In this document: positions 1-12,500 of the stretch, one piece after another
Position numbering within the stretch: the first letter of the stretch is position 1
Layout: the number at the start of each line of letters is the position of its first letter
Assembly (NCBI GenBank): GCA_038087875.1
Contig: CM075996.1
Span: forward strand, 2,978,001-3,042,000
Direction: 5' to 3'
DNA: 64,000 bases
Origin: Malacoraja senta
Lineage: Eukaryota
Made by a program: the position numbers and the translations under genes
The notes under the pieces: model-generated
Databases searched by the model: none
What the model was told of the DNA's origin: nothing
The model's input: only the letters and a program-made list of their open reading frames with translations

Positions 1-130
1 GGAAATATAACAACGTTGATCTCACACTGTCCTTTAAGGTTAGTTTCAGCTTTAAAGAGGCAGGGCGGAAACACGGCCTTCGTACCCACCGAGTCCGCGC
101 CCCGCCCAGCGATCCCCGCACACCAACGCT

Positions 131-308
<178 letters not shown>

Positions 309-421
309 GTACAAACTCCGTGCAGACAAATACCCGTGGTCAGGATCGAACCCGGGTCTCTGGCGCTTTAATCACTGTAAAGCAGCAACTCCACTGCTGC
401 GTCACCCTATGTGTCACTTGC

Positions 422-570
422 CTCCCAAGGATGATCAACTTTCTTGTACCTGACTTGATACTCCAAGTCATTATTATTATTATATCCACTTTTGATGGAT
501 TCCCAGTGCAGTTGCAATCTTCCATCAGGTAACTTCTCCATGGTCAAGTTGGATGGAGGGTATGGTTTAA
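422..570 (-). CDS. csf2rb: csf2rb exon, D4 first half ([49 protein letters not shown])
   Basis: Acceptor ttgttcgttag|, 149 nt, phase 1 to 0, ending at a GC donor GAG|GCAAGT. Confidence 0.88.
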
Positions 571-3500
571 CTAACGAACAAAAGAAAACAAAAATATATA
601 AGCAGGAGGCACAAGAATGCACACTGATGCAGAATTAGTCATAGAGGCACAGTGGTGGTGAATCTGTGGAATTCATGGCCGCAGAAGGCTGTGGAGGCCA
701 GTCAATGGGTATTGTTAAGGCAGAGACAGATAGATTCTTGATTATTACGGGTGTCAGGGGTTAAGGGGGAGAGGGCAGGAGAATGGGGTTAGGATGGAGA
801 GATAAATCAGCCATGATTGAATGGCGGAGTAGACTTGATGAGCCGAATGGTCTAATTCTGCTCCTATCGCTTATGAACTCATGAGTCACACAGCATCGGA
901 AACTGGGCCCCTGACCCGTCTTGCCCATGCTGACCAAGGTGCCAGGTGCTCAATTGTCCTAGTGTCAGATAGTGTTGATGTGCAGGTATCACTGGTCGGT
1001 GCGGACCCGGTGGGCTGAAGGGCCTGTGTCCGCGCTGTATCACTAAACTACACTAAACTCAACTAATCTCAAGGACGTGCGGGTTTGTAGGTTAATTGTT
1101 CCTCTGTAAAATTGCCCCGGGTAGTCGGGAGAAGATGAGAAAGTGGGACAACATAGAGCTAGGGTGAACGGGTGATCGATGGTCAGCTCGATGGGCCAAA
1201 GGGCCTGTTTCCAGGTTGTATCTCTAAACCAAACTAAAGGTTGGGAGTTAGCCATTCTTGATATCCCTGCTAATGACCAGAAGTATTATAGGAATATAAC
1301 ACTTGCAATAGTGTAATAGAAATCTGAGGGGTAACCTTTTCACACAGAGGGTGGTGGGTGTTTGGAACGAGCTGCCAGAGGAGGTAGTTGAGGCAGGGAC
1401 TATCCCAACATTTAAGAAACAGTTGGACAGGTACACGGATAGCACAGGTTTGGAGGGACACGGACCAAACGCAGGCAGGTGGGACTAGTGTAGATGGGAC
1501 ATGTTGGCCGGTGTGGGCAAGTTGGGCCGAAGGGCCTGTTTCCACGCTCTGTCACTCTATGACTCTGAGTGGATCGAAGAACAGAACTCACTATTTCTGT
1601 AAGGGTGAAATGGCAGCGATGGTTTCACGAGTTGGAGGGACACCTCGTACTCCTCAAACTCCGCTCGGTCGCGGACATGTATGTTGCACCCATGAACCGT
1701 GAAGTTTGGGTATTCACGGGGTATCACGGTCGAATTGCACACCTGGGTCCTGGTAAAGAGAAAGGATTTCAAACATACGTTCAACTTTCATGCAAAGGTT
1801 CAAAAGGCACTAAACTAAAAAGATTGAAAAGACTAGGCTTGTATTCACCGGAGTTTGGAAGGATGAAGGGGTAACTTATAGAAACATATAAAATTATAAA
1901 AGGACTGGATAAGCTAGATGCAGGAAAAATGGTCCCAATGTTGGGCGAGTCCAGAACCAGGGGCCACAGTTTTAGAATAAAGGGGAGGCCATTTAGGACT
2001 GAGGTGAGAAAAAACTTTTTCACCCAGAGAGTTGTGAATTTGTGGAATTCCCTGCCACAGAGGGCAGTGGAGGCCAAGTCAATGGATGGATTTAAGAGAG
2101 AGTTAGATAGAGCTCTAGGGGCTAGTGGAATCAAGGGATATGGGGAGAAGGCAGGCATGGGTTATTGATTTGGGACGATCAGCCATGATCGCAATGAATG
2201 GCGGTGCTGGCTCGAAGGGCCGAATGGCCTCCTCCTGCACATATCTTCTATGTTTCTAAACTAATGGGCCTGTCCCACTTAGGCGACACTTTAGGTGCCT
2301 GCCAGGGACTAGTTTTAATGGGATTCACCCACGACACCTGGCGACAACCCACGACAACACAAATGTCAACCTACGACAACCTACGACAGCAAAAATGATC
2401 GCCACTGCCACCGAAAATTTTTCAACATGTTGAAAATTTTGCGGTAGTCGCCCCCAAAAATCGCCTGATTGGGACAGGCCCATTAGCTAAAGTCCAAGGA
2501 GGGAGAAGTTTATTTAGCTTCAATTCGCTGTATCTCTAAACTAAACACCGTACACACTGCAACCGCAGTCGGGACAGAACCCGGGTGTCCACCATGCCGC
2601 TGCAATGTGGTGATATTCCTCATTCCTCATTCCTCGGCCCACCTGCCCAACCGATCAAGTACCGATCATTCAGGCAAAGTGTCTGTGCTGGGATTGAGGA
2701 CACAACCCTGTGGTCCCGATGGGAAGACGTTTACTTACTCAGAACCGTAGATAGTCACATAAGAAATGCTGGAGTAACTCAGCGGGACAGGCAGCATCTC
2801 TGGAGGGAAGGAATGGGCGACGTTTCAGGTCGAAGCCCATTCTTCTGCCTTCCCCCCCCATAACCTCTGACACCCGTACTAATCAACCATTTCCAGTTAA
2901 TGAGAGACTAGGAAACGTCACCTATTCCTTTTTCTCCAGCGATGCCTCCTGTCCCGCTGAGTTACTCCAGCTTTTTGTGTCTATCTTCGGTTTAAACCAG
3001 CATCTGCAGTTCCTTGTGTATGAAGGAAATGCAGATGCTGGTTGTATCTAAGATAGACACAAAATGCTGGAGTAACTCAGCGGGACGGGCAGCATCTATG
3101 GAGGGAAGGAATGGGTGACGTTTTGGATCGAGAACCCTTCTTCAGAAACGTCTCCCATTCCTTCTCTCCAGAGATGCTGCCTGTCCCGCTGAGATAGTCC
3201 AGCATTTTGTGTCTTTCTGCAGTTCCTTCCTACACCTACTTACTCGGAGCTGTTGGCCTTTCCATAGTGCAGGTTGAAGGTGAAAAGATCACTGGACGTT
3301 CTGGTTACTTCCCAAGTGCATCCGATCTCCTGGAGGCCATCGTAGAAACACTGCAGGTTTCGAGGCATCACCTCTGCCTCAGCTGTGGAGGAACAGGCCG
3401 GATTGTTAGCCTGGAATCAGCCTTGCTTGAGTTTGAAGATAGACGCAAAATGCTGGACTAACTCGGCGGGTCGGACACTAGGCTTAAGGTTAGATGCTGC

Positions 3501-6500
3501 TTGACCCGCTGAGTTACTCCAGCATTTTTTGTCTGTCTTCACTTTAAACCAGGGTCTACAGTTCCTAACTACTCACTTGCAGTTCAGTTTAGTTTATTGT
3601 CACGTGTACCGAGATGCAGTGAAAAGCTTTTTGTCGCGTACTGTACTATCCAGTCAGCGGGAAGATTATACATGATTTTAATCGAGCCATCCACAGTGTA
3701 CAGAAACATGATAAGGGGATAACATTTACTGCAAGTAGAGCCCAGTGAAGTCCGATTAAAGATAGTCTGAGGGTCACCAAAGAGGTAGATAGTAGTTCAG
3801 CACTGCTCTCTGGTTGTGGTAGGATGGTTCAGTTGTCTGATAACAGCTGGGAAGAAACTGTCCCTGAATCTGGAGGTGTGTGCGTTCGTTTTCACACTTC
3901 TGTACCTTTTTCCCGATGGGAGAGGGGAGAAGAGGGAGTGGCCGGGGTGAGACTGGTCCTTGATGATGCTGCTGGCCTTGCCGAGGCAGCGTGAGGTGTA
4001 GATGGAGTCGATGGAAGGGAGGTTGGTTTGTGTGTGACGGTCTGGGCTGCGTCCACAATTCTCTGCGATTTCTCGTGGGTCTTGGATGGAGCTGTTCCCA
4101 AACCGTGCTGTGATGCGTCCCGAGAAAATGCTTTCTCCGGCGCACCGGTAGAAGTTGGCGAGAGTTGTTGGGGACATGCCGAACTTCCTAAGGCATTGGT
4201 GTAACTTTCTTGGTCGTTGCTTCCATAACACTAGAGGTGTAAACCGAAGTTTAGACACAAAATGCTGGAGTAACTCAGTGAGACAGGCTGCATCTCTGGA
4301 GAGAAGGAATGGGTGACGTTTCGGGTCGAGACCCTTCGAGATGCTGCCTGTCCCGCTGAGTTACTCCAGCTTTTTGTGTCTATCTTCGGTTTAAACCAGC
4401 ATCTGCAGTTCCTTCTTACACAGCACTCAGGCTGTTATTCATCGATTACAGCTCGGCATTTAATACAATCATCCCCTCCAAGCTGGTTACCAAACTCGCA
4501 GAACTGGGTCTCTGCGCATCCCTCTGCAATTGGATCCTCGACTTCCTCACTCTCAGACCACAGTCTGTTCGTATTGGTGGAAATGTGTCAGACTCTATAA
4601 CAATTAGCACGGGAGCACCTCAAGGCTGTGTGCTCAGCCCCCTGCTGTACTCACTCTATACTCATGACTGCGTAGCCGGACATAGTGCGAACTCCATCAT
4701 CAAGTTCGCTGATGACACCACTGTTGTGGGACGTATCACTGATGGGGATGAGTCAGAGTATAGAAGAGAGATCGAGCAACTGTCCATATGGTGCCAGCAC
4801 AATAACCTGGCCCTCAACACCAGCAAAACCAAGGAACTGATTGTGGACTTTGGAAGGAGTAGGATGGGGACCCACAGTCCCGTTTATATCAACGGGTCGA
4901 TGGTTGAAAGGGTCAAGAGCTTCAAATTCCTGGGCGTGCACATCTCTGAAGATCTTTCCTGGTCCGAGAACAATGATGCCATTATTAAGAAAGCACATCA
5001 GCGCCTCTACTTCCTGAGAAGATTACGGAGAGTCGGTTTGTCAAGGAGGACTCTCTCTAACTTCTACAGGTGCACAGTAGAGAGCATGCTGACCGGTTGC
5101 ATCGTGGCTTGGTTCGGCAACTTGAGTGCCCTGGAGAGGAAAAGACTACAAAAAGTAGTAAACATTGCCCAGTCCATCATTGGCTCTGACCTCCCTTCCA
5201 TCGAGGGGATCGATCGCAGTCGCTGCCTCAAAAAGGCTGGCAGCATCATCAAGGACCCACACCATCCTGGGCACACACTCATCTCCCTACTACCTTCAGG
5301 TAGAAGGTACAGGAGCATGAAGACTGCAATGACCAGGTTCAGGAATAGCTACTTCCCCACAGCCATCAGGCTATTAAACCTGGCTCGGACATAACACTGA
5401 ACTTTACTAGCCAATACTGTTATTTGCACTTTATCAGTATATTGACCATTGTGTATATATTTATAGAATGCCTTGTAGTCAATGCCTACTATGTTCTGTT
5501 GTGCTCAAGCAAAGCAAGAATTTCATTGTCCTACCAGGGACACATGACAATAAACTCACTTGACTTGACTTGACTTAGAGATGTGCTCATTGAGGCTGCT
5601 TTCCCTCTGCAGCCCACAGTTAAGAATTGAGGTCTGCCAGCAGAGGGCAGAAGTGAGTGGTGCTGTGTTTTTTTTTTAGAGTTTTAGACATTCAGCATGA
5701 GAACAGGCCCATGGAACCATTGATGGCATTGATATGCTGGCCACAGGTCAGGTCTTCAGGCGCAGCCAGGGAGTTGCTGCCTTACAGCGCCAGAGACCCA
5801 GGTACTATCGCAAGGGTGTCAGGGGTAACGGGGAGAAGGCAGGAGAATGGGGTTGAGTGGGAGAGATAGATCAGCCATGATTGAATGGCGGAGTAGACTT
5901 GATGGGCCGAATGGCCTAATTCTGCTCTGAAAACGTATGAAGAAAACCTCCAATGGAAGTTGAAGATAGACAGAAGTTTTAGATGATCAGCCATGAGGAG
6001 CTCCGGTATGCGCTGACTGCCGACAACAACACCGACACCTCCGGGCTGCGGGTCTGCGGAGCGACCAGCCGCGGGCGGCGGCGCCGACTTTAACATCGGG
6101 AGCCTCGTGGCTCCAACTCGGCGCGGCCCTGTCGGCTTCAGCTGCCATCGACTCCGCTGGGAAACCGGCCGTTCCAGCCGCTGCGAGGACTCTCCCGATG
6201 GCCAGGAACATCGGGCCTCCGTAGAGGCAACTGTGGAGGCCTCATTGGGCCTGACTCTGGGGAGAACTGGGTTGGGGACTGGACATTGTGCCTTCCCCCA
6301 CAGTGGTGGTCATTGTGGGGGGATGATTTTTGTGTGCTGTGCCTGTTAGTCCGTGTACAAGATGGCGGTCGGAGGGGAGAGTGGACGCTGGCGCGAATTG
6401 GTCGCCACTGCTCTCTCCTCAAATTGTGTTTCTTATTTTCTTTTGGTGCTTTTGAAATTGAATTCTGTCCTTGATTTGTGTATTGTGGTGTTTTTATATT

Positions 6501-9500
6501 TAATTTATTCCGATTATGTGTTTTGTGTTTTTTTTGTGATTCTATGCATTGTAAGGTGTCCTTGGGTTTTAGAAAGGCGCCAGTAAATAAAATGATTATT
6601 ATTATTATTATAATTATATTGGTTGACTCAAAGGGCCAAATGGCCTACTCCTGCACCCATTTTTCTATGTTTCTATGTCTGGTCCACGTCCACAATCCCC
6701 TGATATTTTGTGTTGGAAGAAACTGCACAGATGCTGGTTTAAATTGAAGATAGACACAAAATGCTGGAGTAACTCAGCGGGACGGGCAGCATCTCTGGAG
6801 AGAAGGAATGGGTGACGTTTCGGACCGAGACTGATGAAGGGTCCCGACTGAAGAATCGTCACCCACTCCTTCTCTCCGGAGACGCTGCCTGTCCCGCTGA
6901 GTTACTCCAGCATTTTGTGTCTTATCTTCAGTTTAAACCGGCACCTGCAGTTCCTTCCAGCGCGTTACCTCCAATGGGCGTTACCTGCTTGCGAGTTGGG
7001 CTGACTTCTCTTCACGCTCCAGGGGACCTCGGCGCTCCACGCACTCCAGATGCAACGAGAGCTGCAACGCTGCGGTCTCGCCCGCACACGTGCTGCGTAG
7101 GTGCCGGCCGTGACCAGCCCTGAGCCACGGATTTCAAGATGGCGGCTGCCGTCCGCCACGGTCTCGCTCAACCAACCCTGCAGAAGAGAAAGCATGCGGT
7201 CAGTCAGGAGCCGTGAAAGGGTCTCGACCCGAAACGTCACCCATTCCTTCTCTCCAGAGATGCTGCCTGCCCCGCTGAGTTACCCCCAGGGGATCTCATT
7301 GAAACATATAAGATTGTTAAGGGGTTGGACACGCTAGAGGCAGGAAACATGTTCCCGATGTTGGGGGAGTCCAGAACCAGGGGCCACAGTTTAAGAATAA
7401 GGAGTAAACCATTTAGAACGGAGACGAGGAAACACTTTTTCTCAGAGAGAGTGGTGGGTCTGTGGAATTCTCTGCCTCAGAGGGCGGTGGAGGCAGGTTC
7501 TCTGGATGCTTTCAAGAGAGAGCTAGATAGGGCTCTTAAAAATAGCGGAGTCAGGGGATATGGGGAGAAGGCAGGAATGGGGTACTGATTGGGGATGATC
7601 AGCCATGATCAGCCATGATCACAATGAATGGCGGTGCTGGCTCAAAGGGCCAAATGGCCTGATCCTGCACCTAATGTCTATTGTCTATTGACCTGAAACG
7701 TCACCCATTCCTTCTATCCAGAGATGCTGCCCGACCCGCTGGGTTACTCCCGCACTCTGTGTCTACAGCCAGTCACAGCATCCACTGCTTGATAGTGGTA
7801 CAGCACGGAAACAGGCCCTTCTGCCCAACCTGTCCACATTCATAAGTCATCCATGCAGAATTAGGCCGTTCGTCCCATCAAGTCTATTCCACCATTGAAT
7901 CACGGCTGATCTATCTGGGATGGCAGAGTAGACTTGATGGGCTGAATGGCCTAATTATACTCCTATTCCTCACGACCTTATTTTTGTCCATAAACAACGG
8001 GTAGACACGCTCCTTACCTCCCAGGACTCCCAAGATTGCTTGTAGTTCACTTCATACTGTAATGTTCCAAGGAGCACATTGGAGGTGTTGTCCATGTACC
8101 TTGTCTTCCAGGACAGCTCATAGTCACCTGTCTCCGTGACATTAACCATCAGGTTGAAGGGAGCTTGAAGCTTGACTGAAGGTTGAAAGGGGACAAAGGG
8201 TTAACTCTGGCCGACAGGAAAAGCCCAGCCTCCCCTTCCACAAGGCGAGAGATTCTTAAGGGATTGGACAGGCTAGATGCCCTGGTGAGACCGCACCTGG
8301 AATATTGTGTGCAAATTTGGTAATTCCCTAATTTGAGGAAGGACATTCTTGCTATTGAGAGAGTGCAGCGTAGGTTCACCAGGTTAATTCCCGGGCTGGT
8401 GGGACTGACATATGATGAAAGAACGGGTCGACTGGTCTTGTATTCACTGGAATGTTAAAGGATGAGAGGGGCTCTTACAGAAACATATAAAATTCTTAAA
8501 GGATTGGCCAGGCTAGATGCAGGAAAAATGTTCCTGGTGTTGGGGGAGTCCAGAACTATGGGTCACACAGTTTAAGAATAAGGGGTAGGCCATTTAGGAC
8601 TGAGATTAGGAAAAACTTTCTCTCCCAAAGAGTTGTGAATTTGTGGAATTCTCTGCCACAGAATAAGGAGCATTTAGGTTGATATGTGGAGAAGCAGGGA
8701 ATTGACATTGCCTTATACTTTGGAGATACAGTGTGGATACATGCCCTTCAGCCCACCGAGTCTGTGCTGCCCAGCGATCACCCCATACACTAATGCACTA
8801 TCCTACACACTAGAGACAACTAACAGAAGCCAGTTAACCTGCAAACCTGCGTGGTCACAGGGGAGAAAGTACAAACTCCGTACAGACAGCACCCGTAGTC
8901 GGGATCGAACCCGGGACTCTGGCGCTGTGAGGCAGCAACTCTACCGCTGCGACACTTTGCCGCGATTTGAACAAAGTGCTGAAGTAACTCAGCGGCTCAA
9001 GCAGCATCTGTGGAGACGATGGACAGTGGGCCCTTCTCTGTTCTCCTCCACACATGCTGCCTGACCCGCTGAGTTCCTCCAGCGCTTTGTGCGTTTTGAT
9101 CGAAATTCCAGCATCTGCGGTTCCTGGTCTCCAAAACTGTAGGAACAGCATCTCATATTTTGCCCGGACAGCGTACAACCCAGCGATATGATGATTGATT
9201 TTTCTAACTTCAAGTAACCCCTGCATTCCCCCTCTCCCCACCGGAATCGCACCAGCTTCTTGTTCTCACCCAGCAAACAGCTAACAATGGCCTGTTTCCT
9301 TGATCATCATTACTTTTTTGCATGTCTTTCATTCATTTGTTCGATATCTCTCTACATCACTGTCTATATCTCTTTTCCCATTCCCGTGACTTGTCGGTCT
9401 GAAGAAGGGTCTCGACCGGAAGTGTCACCCATTCCTTCTCTCCAGAGATGCTGCCTGACCCGCTGAGTTACTCCAGCGTTTTGTATCCATCTCCCAAACC

Positions 9501-12500
9501 ACTTACTGTTATCCAATAAGTTGAAGGATTTTCTCAGGTTTACGGGTTTCTTTGGTTCAAGAATGAGTAAACAATTCATTCCGATGCCAAAGTGGGATTC
9601 CTTAATGATGCAATGATTGCCTGAGGTTGGCTTGGTTGACTCTGTCCTGTTGCACAAATGGTGACTAAATGGTGAAAAGAAAAGCAGAAAAATAAAGAGC
9701 ATTTAATTCTTCTTTCCGATTTAATGGTGGCACCAACAAACTCAACTCAACACGACTCACTTGCACCTAAAGTTTTTTATCGAAGATAGACTCAAAATGT
9801 TTCGGGTCGAGACCCTTCTTCAGACTCGACCCCAAACGTCACCAATTCCTTCTCTCCAGAGATGCTGCCTGTCCCGCTGAGTTACTCCAGCATTTTGTGT
9901 CTATCTGACTCTAATGAGGAAAGACATTCTTGCCATAGAGCGAGTACAGAGAAGGTTCACCAGACTGATTCCTGGGATGGCAGGACTTTCATATGAAGAA
10001 AGACTGGATAGACTCGGCTTTTACACGCTAGAATTTAGGAGATTGAGGGGGGATCTTATAGAAACTTACAGAATTCTTAAGGGGTTGGACAGGCTAGATG
10101 CAGGAAGATTGTTCCCGATGTTGGGGAAGTCCAGAACAAGGGGTCACAGTTTAAGGATGAAGGGCGAAGTCTTTTAGGACCGAGATGAGAAAAACAGAGA
10201 GTGGTGAATCTCTGGAACTCTCTGCCACAGAAGGTAGTTGAGGCCAGTTCATTGGCTAAATTTAAGAGGGAGTTAGATGTGGCCCTTGTGGCTAAAGGGA
10301 TCAGGGGGTATGGAGAGAAGGCAGGTACGGGATACTGAGTTGGATGATCAGCCATGATCATATTGAATGGCGGTGCAGGCTCGAAGGGCCGAATGGCCTA
10401 CTCCTGCACCTATTTTCTATGTTTCTATTTTTCTATGAGTAGTACTTTTGTAACTTTGTCAGCAACAGATACATGGCGACTCTTTTGTGCACTTTGTGTG
10501 TACTGTATGCAGAAACTGTACCTATTTCGCTTGGGCAGCTTACAACCCAGCGGTATGAATCTGATTATCTAACTTCAAGTAACCCTTCGGAAGAAGGGTT
10601 TCGGCCCGAAACGTTGCCTATTTCCTTCGCTCCATAGATGCTGCCGCACCCGCTGAGTTTCTCCAGCATTTTTGTCTACCTTCAAGCAACCCTTGCTTTC
10701 CCTCTCCCTCCGACCCTCCCCACCCTAGTTCTCCGACTAGTTTCATTGTCTAGTTCTCTGACTAGTTTTACTGCTTGTATGCCTCGTTGTCATCTTCCCC
10801 TCAGCCAACAATGAATCGTTGTACATTTCCTTATGGTCATCTGCTTTGATCTGCCCTTTTCACACCTTGCCCTTCTGTATCTCTAGGCTCCCTGTCCCCT
10901 GACTCTCGGTTCTGAAGAAGGGCCTCGGCCTGAAACGTCGCCCATTCCTTCTCTCCGGAGATGCTGCCTGTCCCGCTGAGTTACTCCAGCATTTTGTGTC
11001 TATCTTCAGTGTAAACCAGCACCTGCAGTTCCTTCCTTCACTCTGCACCTAGGTAACATGCGACAACAATGTATCATTAAATTGAAAGCCAGCAGCATTG
11101 GTCTTGGAATTATGTAGAATGGTCAACCTTGGGAAATGCACCTCAGAACAAAACAGGTGGAAACAGGATGATATCAGCTGTTTAAGAAGGAACTGCAGAT
11201 GCTGGAAAATCAAAGGTAGACAAAAGTGCTGGAGAAACTCAGCGGGTGAGGCAGCATCTATGGAGCGAAGGAAGGAATATAGGCAACGTTTCAGGCCGAA
11301 ACCCTTCTACAGACTGATGTAGGGTGGGGAGAGGAAATGAAAAAGGAAGAGGAGGAGCCCGAGGGCTGGGGGAGAGCTGAGAAGGGAAGGAGACAGCAAG
11401 GGCTACCGGATATTGGAGAAGTCAATGTTTATGCCGCTGGGGTGCAGACTGTTATCAGGCAACTGAATCATCCTACCACAACTAGAGAGCAGTGCTGAAC
11501 TACTGTCTACCTCTTTGGTGACCTTCGGACTATCCTTGATCGGACTTTGCTGGCTTTACCTTGCACTAAACCTTATCCCCTTATCATGTATCTATACACT
11601 GTAAATGGCTCGATTGTAATCATGTATTGTCTCTCTGCTGACTGGATAGCACGCAACAAAAAGCTTTTCACTACACCTCGGTACATAGAGTCATAGAGTG
11701 GTACAGGCCCTTCGCCCCACCTCGCCCACACCGCCCAACATGTCCCAGCTACACTAGTCCCACCTGCCCGGGTTTGCCCCATATCCCTCCACACCTGTCC
11801 TACCCATGTACCTGTCTAGCTGTCTAACGTAAACGCTGGGATAGTCCCAGCCTCAACCACCTCCTCCGGCAACACGTTCCATGCACCCACCACCCTTCTG
11901 TGTGAAAATGTTACCCCTCAGATTCCTGTTAAATCTTTTCCCCTTCACCGTAGACCTTTGGAACACGGGACAATAAACTGAGCTGATACAATAGACAATA
12001 GAAAATAGACGTTCAATTATTTTGAGGAACATGAACCTTGGTGCTCCGGTGACGAAAGTCCTCTGATAATACAGATCCATGGGGATGTAGCGCATAGCCA
12101 TGGCATTTTCTGTCCACTGGCAGTCGATTTTAGTCATGTAATCGGTGTAGCAACTCAGATTGCTCATCAAGTCTCGCACTAAAGTATGGAGGAAAAGCAG
12201 GCATCAAAACCGGGCATGGATCAAATCCTTTCTCTGTGCTTTTATCTGAATGAGATGGTGAAAGCGAAAAAGAACAAAAGAATCTCTGGATAGATAGACA
12301 TTAATATAATAAGGTAATCTGCCGAATTCTCTGCCACAGAAAGTAGTTGAGGCCAGTTCATTGGCTATATTTAAGAGGGAGTTAGATGTGGCCCTTGTGG
12401 CTAAAGGGATCAGGGGGTATGGAGAGAAGGCAGGTACGGGATACTGAGTTGGATGATCAGCCATGATCATATTGAATGGCGGTGCAGGCTCGAAGGGCCG

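Noticed and set aside
2600..2750. Extra csf2rb exon (minus donor GA|GTAAGT near 2738)
   Set aside because: No acceptor or sensible frame upstream, which is repeat sequence; exons 3244 and 1749 already join in frame.
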